The notes: generated by a model not told the origin, from the letters alone. Positions 1 through 9,800 are shown, counted from the stretch's first letter. The stretch is 64,000 nt of DNA from an archaeon (GCA_024256285.1 JACGUG010000001.1:17191-81190), one strand, 5' to 3'. Made by a program: numbers and translations.

Positions 1-255
1 GAGCTTTGCAAGATTATAGATTTGAACAGATTTTAACCTCTTGTCGAAGAGGATGACGTCAACACCGAGGTCTTCTGATAATTTCTTTAACTCTTCTGCC
101 TTCCCGGCACCTATACCGTATTTTGCTCTAGAGAGGTACTTCCGTGTGATTATCTTGACGACTTCATAATCTACTGCCCCGGCTAAGCCCGATGCTTCCT
201 GAATAGCGAACTTATCAGAGTACGTTATGAGGATTGCCTTCTTCAACCAATTCAT
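1..255 (-). CDS. hflX: GTPase HflX, N-terminal part (gene continues past the left edge)
   Basis: Manual minus-strand translation from ATG 255-253 gives MNWLKKAILITYSDKFAIQEASGLAGAVDYEVVKIITRKYLSRAKYGIGAGKAEELKKLSEDLGVDVILFDKRLKSVQIYNLAKL. This fits the HflX N-domain pattern (IG.GK.EEL ... ifD..L...Q..NL). It is absent from the ORF track because no stop lies inside the window. Confidence 0.6.
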   Translation of the reverse strand, partial: MNWLKKAILITYSDKFAIQEASGLAGAVDYEVVKIITRKYLSRAKYGIGAGKAEELKKLSEDLGVDVILFDKRLKSVQIYNLAKL

Positions 256-920
256 CTTATTCAAATGCATCTGATAAATCTTGTCCTAAGTCTTTTCGAT
301 CCTTTAGAGGTAAAATCTTAAGGGTTAGATCGATAAATGAAGATGGTTTGTACAACAGAAAGAAAGGCATAATCCATTTCGTTAAGATTATAGGGAGATT
401 GAAGAGGGTTCCAAGGTCTGGATGGCTCATAAAAGTTGGGGTTAAAGACCCGGAGTCTGTAGCCGATCATACTTTCATGACGTCTATCCTCTGCATGCTC
501 ATAGGAGATATAAGAAATCTTGATACTTTGAAGATGCTCAAGATGGCATTACTTCACGATGCTTGCGAGTCCGTAATTGGAGATTCTATGTCTTATAAAA
601 CGAAGGAGAAAGATCTGGAAAAGAGGAGGTTAGAAGATAAAGCCATGATTCAGATTCTGTCTACACTGCCAGACGATATTAAAGAGATGTACTCTGAACT
701 CTGGAAGGAGTTTCAAGATGGATCGTCGGTAGAGGCAAAGCTCGTCAGGGAGATAGATAAGCTTGAGATGGCTCTTCAAGCCCTCGAATATGAGGAGGAG
801 GGTTACGATAGGGAAAGGCTGTCAGAGTTCTGGGAGTCAGCAGGACGAGCTATAAACGATCCTGAAGTAAAGGCTATCTTTGAGTTAATCAAAGGGCAAC
901 GTAAATTCGATCTTAAATAA
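234..920 (+). CDS. HD-domain phosphohydrolase (YfbR / 5'-deoxynucleotidase-like)
   Basis: HD metal-ligand pattern SVADHTFM ... LLHDACESVIGD ... EIDKLEMALQA. The track start at 234 overlaps the hflX start on the other strand. The real start is probably an internal alternative codon (for example TTG at 348). Confidence 0.7.
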   Translation: MPSSTNSSYSNASDKSCPKSFRSFRGKILRVRSINEDGLYNRKKGIIHFVKIIGRLKRVPRSGWLIKVGVKDPESVADHTFMTSILCMLIGDIRNLDTLKMLKMALLHDACESVIGDSMSYKTKEKDLEKRRLEDKAMIQILSTLPDDIKEMYSELWKEFQDGSSVEAKLVREIDKLEMALQALEYEEEGYDRERLSEFWESAGRAINDPEVKAIFELIKGQRKFDLK

Positions 921-966
921 GATTATTTAAAAGTCGCTGATCTGATATAATATATAATTAAACTAA

Positions 967-1971
967 CTATCTACTCTTTTTTGGGCGAGTGCTCTCTAGC
1001 GGGTCGTCAACCCCTTTTTCATTAAGGATGAATACAGCCTCCCTCTCAGGATGGCTTGGGCTATCGACCATCCTTGCGATCCTATTCTTGCCCGCTTTTC
1101 TTAAATATATCCTATATGTGCTTGTATGAGCTACGACATGCCCCCCTGTAGGTCTTGATGGGTCCCCAAAGAATACATCGGGCGCTGATTGGACCTGGTT
1201 CGTCGCTACAACTGCTACGTTGTAGATTTCAGATATCCTCAAGAGGTGATGCATGAACCTATTGAGCCTCTGTTGCCTTTCTGCCAAAGTTCCTCTGCCC
1301 AAGAATTCAGCTCTGTAATGAGCAACTGCTGAATCCACGATAAGCAACCTTACATTCTCCTTCTCTATAAGTCTGCCAACTTCATTTATTATAAACTCTT
1401 GATGGGCACTGTTATACGCCTTTGCTACGATTATCTTACTCAAGACTTCCTCGGGATCCAGATCATAAGCTTCAGCTATCTCCACTATCCTCTCAGGTCT
1501 GAAGGTGTTCTCAGTATCTAGATAAATAGCTCCAGCACTTAGCCCGCCTTGCTCTTTCAGCATCTGCACCATCACACATAGGGTATGGCATATCTGGGTC
1601 TTGCCTGAACCATATTCGCCATAGAATTCTGTTATAGCTTGAGTCTCTATCCCTCCAGCCAATAGATCGTCCAGATTCTTTGAGCCCATATGTATCCTAT
1701 CTATGGCCTGGCGCTTTTTGTAGAGCTCACTTGCAGATATGAACTCTTTCTCTAACCTCCCTAGCTCGATGAGTTTATCCCTTGCCTTGTTACAAAGTTC
1801 TGTAGCTTTATCGCGATCGATGTTCACAGCATCTGCAATCTCGGATGGCCCTCTAGATGCCAGATCGAGTATGTTGTATATACCAGCGGATACAAGCTTC
1901 TGCTTGGTAACTGGCCCTACGCCCCCTAGAGATTCTAGCTCCAAATCTTCCTTGCTCATACCGATTACCAT
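967..1971 (-). CDS. radA: DNA repair and recombination protein RadA
   Basis: N-terminal HhH (LGGVGPVTKQKLVSAGI), Walker A GEYGSGKTQ, Walker B LLIVDS; colinear with archaeal RadA. Confidence 0.95.
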   Translation of the reverse strand: MVIGMSKEDLELESLGGVGPVTKQKLVSAGIYNILDLASRGPSEIADAVNIDRDKATELCNKARDKLIELGRLEKEFISASELYKKRQAIDRIHMGSKNLDDLLAGGIETQAITEFYGEYGSGKTQICHTLCVMVQMLKEQGGLSAGAIYLDTENTFRPERIVEIAEAYDLDPEEVLSKIIVAKAYNSAHQEFIINEVGRLIEKENVRLLIVDSAVAHYRAEFLGRGTLAERQQRLNRFMHHLLRISEIYNVAVVATNQVQSAPDVFFGDPSRPTGGHVVAHTSTYRIYLRKAGKNRIARMVDSPSHPEREAVFILNEKGVDDPLESTRPKKSR

Positions 1972-1975
1972 TATA

Positions 1976-2302
1976 TCATCTCATAGATATTAACTTTAAC
2001 GTTTTTTGCATCTTTGCACATTCTGGACAGAGCAGGTAAACATCATAAAAGAACTCGCCACGTCTTCCAACTTTTGCAGTTTTAAAGATCAATTTCCATC
2101 CTAGGCTTTCTGCTCTTCTTAGTTTATCGATGAGGGGCGATGGACCAAGGAATAGCCTGCGCTTATGGATGTTCTTTTCTATGTAACCACATCTCAGACC
2201 GTCGACCGATCTACCACATCCCATCTTTGAAGGTCTTTCAGGATCGGAAGGAGTATGACCGACCTTGTTTTTATTGGTATTCATTTTATGATGCTTTTTC
2301 AT
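1976..2302 (-). CDS. hypothetical basic protein with Cys pairs
   Basis: 108-aa ORF 4 nt downstream of radA, with GCGRS...C and a C-terminal CPEC. No family recognised. Confidence 0.4.
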   Translation of the reverse strand: MKKHHKMNTNKNKVGHTPSDPERPSKMGCGRSVDGLRCGYIEKNIHKRRLFLGPSPLIDKLRRAESLGWKLIFKTAKVGRRGEFFYDVYLLCPECAKMQKTLKLISMR

Positions 2303-2335
2303 AAAGGTGTTTTATTCAAAGGCATTTAATCTTTT

Positions 2336-2360
2336 CTTTACTTTACTTACTTACTTACTT
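2336..2360. repeat. short tandem repeat (CTTTA)2(CTTA)3
   Basis: Read directly: ctttactttacttacttacttactt, in a 365-nt ORF-poor spacer. Confidence 0.8.
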
Positions 2361-2667
2361 TTAAAAAAGGCATAAAAAGACCGATCTCCAATCTTTATCT
2401 GTTACATGATCGATAAATGGGAAGCTTTGGGAACAGCATTCCATGTAAGCTTAGTGACTCGTGAGAACTTAAAAAAAGAGTTAGTTCTCAAGGCTTCAGG
2501 TAGGTTGAATTTAACAAGAGATACCCAATTACTCTTTACACATCTTACATGCTACAGTTAGAGATGCTTTAGAAGAGTGCCTTCCTCGAAAGAGAGAAGT
2601 TGTAGTTCAAATCATCAAGTAATCTGGCTTCTTAATAAATCTAATTCGATAAAGTTTGAATTATATC

Positions 2668-4545
2668 TTATCTTAATATGTTCATTATAGCGCGGGGCAG
2701 GTCCTGAAAGTTTTGAACGTAAGAGTATCTTCCTCTACCAGCCTTTGAGAGGTTCTTGCACATATTGGAATCTCCACTTATGGTAAACGGAACTTGTATA
2801 ACATGAAGCCTAGGGTACTTCCCAGCAACAGGCAACGGGTTCCCGCCTTTTGTGACCCAGCCATCTGTTATCAGGATGCCTAACTTTTCAGGTACATCGA
2901 GTTTTTCCAATTCTTCCAAGCCCTTTTCCAGAGCTTCCTTTATGTCGGTTACTCCTCCTGGTTGAAGGTCCAGAATCTTATCGATCAGACCCTCTATATC
3001 TGGGCGATTACCTATAGGCTTGAGCAAATCTGCATGTTTGTTAAAGGTGATAACTGAATAGGGGTCTCCACGCAACTTATGTGAAAGCACACCGACAGCT
3101 ATTGCGGCTATAGCTATCTTTTCTTGTTGCATCGAGTTGCTTGTGTCCAGCATCAATGAGACTGCACTCTTCTTCTGACATTTTTTAATGGATACTATAT
3201 CTTGATGGTCAAGGAAGTCTTTACCGAGTTTATTCTCAAGGGTCTTTTCGACGTTAAAATCTTCTAGACCTGGTTCAAAGGGAACTTCGACACGCTCTGT
3301 AGGAACGACTCCCCTTCCAGCTATCTGGGCGGCCATCCTCATGATAGTCCTATTCAGGACTTTTCTTGCGATCCTTTTATGCATAGGATCGAGTTTTGCT
3401 GTTTGGAGTGTAAGTAAAAGCTGAGCTGCGGACCATCTCAGTTCTGAGTGCTCTGTAGCTTGTAACATAGTCTCAAAAAGACCTTCTTTGCAAAGGATTT
3501 CATAGATAGATTGAGGAGAGTCCTGTATAATGAAGAGAGCTTTAGGGATATCCCCCCTTTTTATGGCATCCTTAAGGCGTGGGACATTCTTAGATAGTGT
3601 TAAAGCATCGATATGATCGATCTTACCTCCATCAGTATCTGAATCTTTACCCCTGCTCGATGACCGACCACCTGAGCCTTCTGAGTACTCTTTAAGAATT
3701 GAAGTAACGATTCTTTGGATGATGTCTTTCATACTCTGGGTTGCCCGATCTTGAAGCTCCATCTTAGTGGATAAAGCCATGATAGCGGCTTTTGTCCAGA
3801 TCTCTGGATTTAGAGTAGAGCTCCCCGCTGAGCATCGAACTATGTCCACTATGTCTATTGCGCCACGAATCGAAGCTCCACGCCTGATGTCAGGGTCTTC
3901 TCTTGTCGTCCTCATAATCTTTACTGCAATCTCTATAGAGGTATTGTCGTTGCACCCAGTCTCTTTGTGGACTATCTTTCTCTCTTCATCCTCAGATTGG
4001 TAATCGAGCTTGATCAGCACAAAACGATCCTTTAGAGCTTCACTAAGTCTGCTTGTACCGACGAACTCTTCAGGATTTTGAGTTGCGATTATGGAGAAGC
4101 CTTCTTTGGCTTTGACTAGATCGATCTTTGAGAGAATTATCTGTTTCTCGTCCATGGCTGGCAGTAGCACGTTCTGGGTCCCCTCGGGCATTCTATTCAA
4201 TTCGTTGATGAAGAGGAAAGCCCCATCGATCATGGCTTGTGTCAGAGGGCCGGGTATGAAGGTTTCCCATGAATAGCCTTTCGATATCACTGTTGCGGGG
4301 TCGAACCAACCGGTCAACTTATGTTCAGTGTAGCGCTCATCCCCATCAACTCTATAAAACGGACGGCCGAAGTGCTTCGCTATAGCTACAGCTATAACTG
4401 TCTTCCCAACCCCTACTGGACCTTCAAGAAGGATGTTCTTTCCAGCAGAGATTGCTGTAAGAGAGCTTTCTAACTCCTCCTCACGACCGATGATTCTATA
4501 TTCTTCTTGAAGGGCCTTGACTTCCTTCTTTATTTCTGATGCCAT
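2668..4545 (-). CDS. MoxR-type AAA+ ATPase fused to a C-terminal von Willebrand factor A domain
   Basis: N-terminal Walker A GPVGVGKT and Walker B-like FLFINELNR (MoxR class). The C-terminal part has a MIDAS-like LMLDTSNSM and ...GILITDG. Confidence 0.8.
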   Translation of the reverse strand: MASEIKKEVKALQEEYRIIGREEELESSLTAISAGKNILLEGPVGVGKTVIAVAIAKHFGRPFYRVDGDERYTEHKLTGWFDPATVISKGYSWETFIPGPLTQAMIDGAFLFINELNRMPEGTQNVLLPAMDEKQIILSKIDLVKAKEGFSIIATQNPEEFVGTSRLSEALKDRFVLIKLDYQSEDEERKIVHKETGCNDNTSIEIAVKIMRTTREDPDIRRGASIRGAIDIVDIVRCSAGSSTLNPEIWTKAAIMALSTKMELQDRATQSMKDIIQRIVTSILKEYSEGSGGRSSSRGKDSDTDGGKIDHIDALTLSKNVPRLKDAIKRGDIPKALFIIQDSPQSIYEILCKEGLFETMLQATEHSELRWSAAQLLLTLQTAKLDPMHKRIARKVLNRTIMRMAAQIAGRGVVPTERVEVPFEPGLEDFNVEKTLENKLGKDFLDHQDIVSIKKCQKKSAVSLMLDTSNSMQQEKIAIAAIAVGVLSHKLRGDPYSVITFNKHADLLKPIGNRPDIEGLIDKILDLQPGGVTDIKEALEKGLEELEKLDVPEKLGILITDGWVTKGGNPLPVAGKYPRLHVIQVPFTISGDSNMCKNLSKAGRGRYSYVQNFQDLPRAIMNILR

Positions 4546-4663
4546 AACCCACTACCTCGATGGTTAGGAATTAAATATATCTGGAAGTTTTTATACTATG
4601 CTGTTAATAGGAAAAAGGAGAGTTTATCCGAGGAGGCTATCTTAATTTAAAGGGGATAAAAAA

Positions 4664-5182
4664 ATGGAGAGTTTGAGTCTGGATGCCTTCGATGAATTGG
4701 TGGAAGATTTGAAGAATCTTAGACGAGAGTTATTACGTGGAAGATCCTTCGATGATGTTCATGGTGATGTTCACAACCTCTCCAAGAGGATCGATGATGA
4801 AGCCCACAAAGCTACAAAGAGTATCCTTTTGTTGAAGCCTGAAAAGTCTTTGACTGCAGAGAGGGTTTATGAGAAACTTTCCTTACTTCTAGCCGATCTG
4901 AAGCAGAATTTGATAACAGATAGAGGGGTGAATGAAATGATACGCACACTAGACCTAATCGTCTCAAATATGACCAAGCTGAGGGTCTTGCTCCACAAAT
5001 CTTTTGAATCGCCCAACCCCATAGTCAAGAAGATCATGGAGATGACGGAATCATCAAGGTTGAGCCCAGAATCTAGAACCATCACTAAGACCACAAGGAT
5101 AGAGAAGAAGCTCGGATACACCCAGTCCAAGATAAGCTCATTTATGGGTAAAGGTGATCTGCATGGGGATAAAGATGGTTGA
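4664..5182 (+). CDS. hypothetical helical protein
   Basis: 172-aa ORF divergent from the MoxR-VWA gene. Its stop overlaps the moaC start (ATGGTTGA). Confidence 0.4.
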   Translation: MESLSLDAFDELVEDLKNLRRELLRGRSFDDVHGDVHNLSKRIDDEAHKATKSILLLKPEKSLTAERVYEKLSLLLADLKQNLITDRGVNEMIRTLDLIVSNMTKLRVLLHKSFESPNPIVKKIMEMTESSRLSPESRTITKTTRIEKKLGYTQSKISSFMGKGDLHGDKDG

Positions 5183-5624
5183 CATATCAAAGAAGCCTGA
5201 GCAGTACAGAGAGGCTGTAGCTTCAGGGGAGATAAGGTTGAAGCCTGAGACCATCAAGCTGATAAGAGAGGGAAGGGTGGAGAAGGGCGATCCTCTTCAG
5301 ATAGCAACCTTGGCAGGGATCAATGGCACCAAATTCACTCCATGGGTCATCCCTCTATGCCATCCCATACCTGTAGAGAGCACCGAAGTCGATATTCACA
5401 TAAAAGATGAGAGCATAGTCGTTACCACGAAGGTAATCGCCAATAGCAAGACGGGTGTGGAGATGGAGGCTCTTACAGCCACATCCATAGCCTTACTCAA
5501 CATCTGGGATGTAGTCAAGAAGTATGAGAAGGACGAAGAAGGGCAGTACCCCACAACTATGATTTCAAGCATAAAGGTCTTGAGGAAGGTGAAGGGAGAT
5601 GTCGGCAGCTTACGAAGAGCATAA
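5175..5624 (+). CDS. moaC: cyclic pyranopterin monophosphate synthase accessory protein MoaC
   Basis: MVDISKK...ATLAGINGTKFTPWVIPLCHPIP...TGVEMEALTA matches MoaC. ATG at 5175 is preferred over the track start at 5154. Confidence 0.9.
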   Translation: MVDISKKPEQYREAVASGEIRLKPETIKLIREGRVEKGDPLQIATLAGINGTKFTPWVIPLCHPIPVESTEVDIHIKDESIVVTTKVIANSKTGVEMEALTATSIALLNIWDVVKKYEKDEEGQYPTTMISSIKVLRKVKGDVGSLRRA

Positions 5625-6129
5625 GAGAATGGCTCCAGAGAGGGTAAAGGTTACCATAATAACGGTGAGTACTTCAAGATATATGAAGGCTTCTCAAGGC
5701 ATAGCAGTCGACGATCTTTCTGGCTCAAAGGCTGTCGAGATGGTCAAGGAGAGTGGCCATAAGGTAGTATCAAGGAAGTTGGTAAACGATGATAAGGAGA
5801 TGATAAGGCTGGAGGTTCTACGCAGCCTATATGACGAAGGTGCGGATGTGGTGATCTTAACAGGTGGCACAGGCTTGGCAAAAAGAGACGTTACCATAGA
5901 ATCTGTAATTCCACTATTGGATAAGGAGATGAGGGGGTTTGGAGAGATATTTAGGGCTGTGAGTTATCAGAAGATAGGAAGCCCAGCTTATCTATCAAGG
6001 GCTTTGGCTGGTACTTTGAATGGTAAAATTATCTTCTGTCTGCCTGGCTCTCCTCAGGCTGTCGAACTGGCTCTGAGTCTGATCCTACCAGAGTTATCAC
6101 ATATGGTCTACATCACCGGGGTGAACTGA
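5599..6129 (+). CDS. moaB: molybdenum cofactor biosynthesis protein MoaB/MogA family
   Basis: ITVSTSRY...DLSG...VVILTGGTGLAKRDVT...LPGSP motifs. Confidence 0.85.
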   Translation: MSAAYEEHKRMAPERVKVTIITVSTSRYMKASQGIAVDDLSGSKAVEMVKESGHKVVSRKLVNDDKEMIRLEVLRSLYDEGADVVILTGGTGLAKRDVTIESVIPLLDKEMRGFGEIFRAVSYQKIGSPAYLSRALAGTLNGKIIFCLPGSPQAVELALSLILPELSHMVYITGVN

Positions 6130-7043
6130 TGCTCCTCGATGCTTATGGAAGGACGGCTTACAACTTACGTATATCTGTAACTTCGAAATGCAACCTTGAC
6201 TGTATCTTCTGCCATGGAGAGGGAAACGATGTAAGTGGCGATAGTCTTACACCTAAGGGTATAGAGGAAGTTGTGAAGGTCGTCACAAGGTATGGAGTTA
6301 GGAGGGTGAAGATAACTGGTGGGGAGCCTTTGATTAGAAGAGATATAGTGGAGATAGTGAACAGAATAGCATCTGTGGGAGGCATTCAAGAAGCATCCAT
6401 AGTTACCAACGGGTCTCTGCTAGAGCCCTTGGCTGAGCCTTTGAAGAGGGCTGGATTAAATCGTGTAAACATCAACCTCCCTTCCTTGGATCAGGACAAG
6501 TATCATGAAGTTACGAAGGGAAAGCTCGAGCCTACTCTGAGAGGCGTAAGGTCTGCTGTAAAGCATGGACTAACACCTGTAAAGATCAACATGGTTCTAT
6601 TGAAGGGGATAAACGATGATGAGTTGGATGATTACATAAAGTTTGCAAGGGAAGTAGGTGCCCACCTTCAGGTGATCGAATTGGAGCCGATCAGAATAAA
6701 GAGCGAATTTTACGATGAAATGCATATAGAGCCAGATACCGTTGAGAGATTGCTTGAAAAGAGGGCTCTACGTTCATGGGTTAGGGAGTCCATGCAGAAG
6801 AGGAAGGTTTACGATCTTGGTGATGTGAATGTAGAGGTTGTTCATCCAATAGATAACACAGAGTTCTGCGCCTTCTGTAATAGAATCCGCCTTACGAGCG
6901 ATGGCGCGTTTAAGCCATGCCTTATGAGGAACTGCAACAAAGTCTACATAGACGATGCTCTTGCTAAAGAGGATTTCTCTAAAATTTTGAAGGCATATCT
7001 AAGATCTGTAATGAATCGTGAGCCTTACTTCAAACCTTTTTAA
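6129..7043 (+). CDS. moaA: GTP 3',8-cyclase MoaA (radical SAM)
   Basis: CNLDCIFCH radical-SAM cluster motif, C-terminal CAFCNRIRLTSDG second-cluster motif, ITGGEPL. Confidence 0.9.
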   Translation: MLLDAYGRTAYNLRISVTSKCNLDCIFCHGEGNDVSGDSLTPKGIEEVVKVVTRYGVRRVKITGGEPLIRRDIVEIVNRIASVGGIQEASIVTNGSLLEPLAEPLKRAGLNRVNINLPSLDQDKYHEVTKGKLEPTLRGVRSAVKHGLTPVKINMVLLKGINDDELDDYIKFAREVGAHLQVIELEPIRIKSEFYDEMHIEPDTVERLLEKRALRSWVRESMQKRKVYDLGDVNVEVVHPIDNTEFCAFCNRIRLTSDGAFKPCLMRNCNKVYIDDALAKEDFSKILKAYLRSVMNREPYFKPF

Positions 7044-7058
7044 AGATTTTTAATCTCT

Positions 7059-7349
7059 TTAAATTGATTCGTAATCGAGAGAAACATACTCCTCAATGGA
7101 TGGCTTGAAATGCTCAGCAACATACTTTACATGAATTGGATGAACTCTATACTCCTCCAAAAGGTTCTTATCGGCAAAGTCCATAACTATCGAATACTTG
7201 TACCTTAAATCTGGGTAGATGGATGATCCAACAGATAAGTTCTGAACTCCAGGGATCGTGGATAGTGTCTCTTTTGTTATCTTTGCCAAACGATCGAACT
7301 GGTTTAAAGTACTTTACTTTAGATTGAACAGAACTATATGCTTTATCAT
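7059..7349 (-). pseudogene. Dabb (stress-responsive alpha/beta barrel) domain gene interrupted by an in-frame TAA
   Basis: Manual translation from ATG 7349-7347: MIKHIVLFNLK-TAA(7316-7314)-STLNQFDRLAKITKETLSTIPGVQNLSVG...HPIHVKYVAEHFKPSIEEYVSLDYESI. Both sides together form one ~96-aa Dabb domain. The track only lists the TTG-started 3' part (7059..7289). Confidence 0.6.
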
Positions 7350-7356
7350 AAATTTA

Positions 7357-7707
7357 TCAACTTATCTTCTTCATCAAGGTTCTACTATTCAAGGTTCTAC
7401 TATATATTGCAAAAGCATCTTCCCTGTCCATGCACTTATCACAAAGGCAATTTGGAGTTGAACTCTTAACATCACAGATATGGCAATATGCGCAAAGGTA
7501 GCACTCTACACTTGAATTACATACAAAGCACTTCGGCACGAATTCGAAATCTCCGCCTAAAGCCGTCTTCAAGATGGATGCTATTGTAGCCAGATCTGCA
7601 TCAGCTTCGGCTTTGAAACCCTTCGATCTATCGTAGATCAAACCTGCCTTCATAAGGCTTATGAATCTATCCCTTCCCATTCTTGGAAGGCTGAACCATT
7701 CCCCCAC
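7357..7707 (-). CDS. hypothetical Cys-rich (probable metal-binding) protein
   Basis: CFVCNSSVECYLCAYCHICD...CLCDKC cluster. Sits directly downstream of the RFC large subunit gene. Confidence 0.5.
   Translation of the reverse strand: MGEWFSLPRMGRDRFISLMKAGLIYDRSKGFKAEADADLATIASILKTALGGDFEFVPKCFVCNSSVECYLCAYCHICDVKSSTPNCLCDKCMDREDAFAIYSRTLNSRTLMKKIS
7376..7403. repeat. 15-nt-period tandem duplication (aaggttctactat x2)
   Basis: The same 13-mer occurs at 7376-7388 and 7391-7403. It produces the duplicated SRTLN pentapeptide at the C-terminus of the Cys-rich ORF. Confidence 0.8.
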
Positions 7708-7720
7708 TTTTACTATCAGA

Positions 7721-8935
7721 TCATCTCACCTTCAGAGAGACCCTCTCAGCCTCCTTCATCATAACCTTCAATGCGCTTTCACCCAAGCCTAGCAACCTGA
7801 TGAACCTCTCCATGGATTTCTTGTCCTTGCCAAGAACGACCAAGAGGTATGGCATGAATATAGATACAGCCTCTCGGGACGATGTATGAAGAAACTTCGA
7901 TAGGCGCCTACCGATATCCTTCAAAACCTTACCCTCGTTCCACATCCTGACCTTCAGATTCCAGGGCATATCGTCTTCGCTGTAACTAACTGAACCTTTA
8001 GGAAGAGTGTTGAAGAGGGAATAAGCAAGTACCCTATCGAGATATCTCAAGAGCCTCCATTCTTGAGTCGTATCTATCATCTTCACGATCTCGTCTGCCT
8101 CCCCTATCTTCTCCAGAGCCTTTATGAGGGTATCGCCACTTAAACCGCTATTGACCACACTCAAATAGGCTATCCTTACTTTATCCCTTGGAGGAACTTC
8201 AGAAGTCCTTAAGGCCTTGTAAGCTTCCTCTTGAGAGTCTGCATTGAAAAACGCCTCGAAGCTTTCTTTTAGGCTGTATGCCAAATTCCTACTCGATATG
8301 ACAGAGCTCAATTCTTCCGTAGAGAGACTGGCAAGGGACTGGGCTGTGTTGATGGCTGCCCTCATGTCACCTTTGGCTTCCTTAACTATCAGACGGATGG
8401 ACTCTTTGCTCAGCTTTGCCCCATTTCTTTTTAGAATGTCCTCAATATAAAGCTCTACAAGCCTTGGTGCCACCCTTCTGAATCTGAATACCTTAGATTT
8501 TCTGATCAGCTTTATGACCTTCTTGTCGTCCTCTACGTTTGCAGCCATGACCAAGGGCACTCTGCCACTATCTATCAGCTCTTGCACGAACTCTATCCCA
8601 CCTCTATCTTGTCTATAGTACATGCCATCGACTTCGTCCAAGAATATGAGGGACTTCTCATCGAATAGACTATGGGTGCTCAAGGCAGGCCCAAGCTTCT
8701 GCATCATCTTATCCTTCGTCCTTACATCACTGGCATTCAACTCAATAAGATTGTAGCCAAGTTCATCGGCAGCCAGGTGTACCAGAGTGGTCTTGCCAGT
8801 TCCAGGAGGGCCTATCAAAAGGGCTGGCTTGGAGCCTTTCTTCCATTCCTTGAGCCACTTCAGAAAGCCTATCCTCGTCTCCTCATTCCCAACCATATCC
8901 TTGATGCTTTTAGGTCCGTATCTTTCAACCCACAT
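7721..8935 (-). CDS. rfcL: replication factor C large subunit
   Basis: MWVERYGPKSIKDMVGNEE...LLIGPPGTGKTT...FLDEVDG; colinear with archaeal RfcL. Confidence 0.9.
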   Translation of the reverse strand: MWVERYGPKSIKDMVGNEETRIGFLKWLKEWKKGSKPALLIGPPGTGKTTLVHLAADELGYNLIELNASDVRTKDKMMQKLGPALSTHSLFDEKSLIFLDEVDGMYYRQDRGGIEFVQELIDSGRVPLVMAANVEDDKKVIKLIRKSKVFRFRRVAPRLVELYIEDILKRNGAKLSKESIRLIVKEAKGDMRAAINTAQSLASLSTEELSSVISSRNLAYSLKESFEAFFNADSQEEAYKALRTSEVPPRDKVRIAYLSVVNSGLSGDTLIKALEKIGEADEIVKMIDTTQEWRLLRYLDRVLAYSLFNTLPKGSVSYSEDDMPWNLKVRMWNEGKVLKDIGRRLSKFLHTSSREAVSIFMPYLLVVLGKDKKSMERFIRLLGLGESALKVMMKEAERVSLKVR

Positions 8936-8945
8936 AATACATCAC

Positions 8946-9800
8946 TTAAGAGCTTATCCCCCCTATGAGAAAGGCGATCAACCCTATGAGCATGCCGAAG
9001 AGGGAGACGTTCTTCACATGTAGTGCATTAGATTCAGATGGCGATCTAAGAACCTTTATGGATGCATACACGAATATCGCATCGGGGATGATTATCATTA
9101 TGGCGTAGACTACCCCAACTATGCCTGTAATGATGGGAAGCCAGCTAGATACTATAGCCACCATGAACATTACAGCCCCAAAGATGGATGCAGATCTTGG
9201 ACCGTAAACCCTTGCTATCGACATCACCTTCCTAAATTTATCCCCTTCCATATCACAGATAGTCTTGACGACTTCCCTACCAGTAGCAGCCAAGAAGGAT
9301 GTCAGGGCAAGCCATAGCAATAGAAGGTTGTCGGCACACCCCACAGCCATGCCACCATAGATGAAGGGGATTGCCACAGATGCCGCAACCATCAAGTTTC
9401 CAACCAACCCTTTGCTCTTCCCCCAGAAGTTGTACAACCATGCCAGAAATGTAAAGGCCGATGCTATAATAAAATTGTTAAAGCTTATCAAGATAGACGA
9501 AGCTATCCCGAAGATAAGGAGAACTGAAGCTAGGATTATAGCCGAATTCGGGGAGACCCTTCCACTTGGCAAGGGTCGATCGGGTCTGTTCACTTTATCC
9601 ACCTCTACATCATAGTAATCGTTCATGACCATAGAAAAGCTGGATATAAAGAACCCTGTCAAGAAGCCCAAGAGGGAAGGCATCGAAAGTACACTACTGG
9701 GAGATGCCACAGATATGCCTACCATCACTGCAAACCCGACCATGATCGAGTTGATGGGTCTTATAAGATCGATCGTTCCCCTCAAATCGACTGCCTTCAC
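8946..9800 (-). CDS. UbiA-family prenyltransferase, probable digeranylgeranylglyceryl phosphate synthase
   Basis: NDYYDVEVDKVNRPDRPLPSG Asp-rich motif; polytopic membrane protein. Confidence 0.8.
   Translation of the reverse strand: MKAVDLRGTIDLIRPINSIMVGFAVMVGISVASPSSVLSMPSLLGFLTGFFISSFSMVMNDYYDVEVDKVNRPDRPLPSGRVSPNSAIILASVLLIFGIASSILISFNNFIIASAFTFLAWLYNFWGKSKGLVGNLMVAASVAIPFIYGGMAVGCADNLLLLWLALTSFLAATGREVVKTICDMEGDKFRKVMSIARVYGPRSASIFGAVMFMVAIVSSWLPIITGIVGVVYAIMIIIPDAIFVYASIKVLRSPSESNALHVKNVSLFGMLIGLIAFLIGGISS

Noticed and set aside
1739-1993. Many track ORFs lie antisense to or out of frame with strongly supported genes. Examples: 1739..1993, 3767..4003, 8672..8968, 10663..10941, 13003..13224, 28096..28521, 30213..30573, 37454..37834, 53554..53895, 58229..58660, 63429..63900.
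   Set aside because: Each is fully embedded in a gene with clear family motifs on the other strand or frame. Their Ser/Leu/Pro-rich low-complexity translations are typical of antisense read-through.
2406-2636. Plus-strand ORF of 57 codons (MIDKWEALGTAFHVSLVTRENLKKELVLKASGRLNLTRDTQLLFTHLTCYS), then TAG, then 18 more open codons, in the 365-nt spacer after ORF 1976..2302.
   Set aside because: No recognisable motif, below the size cutoff, and the post-stop extension is too short to be meaningful.
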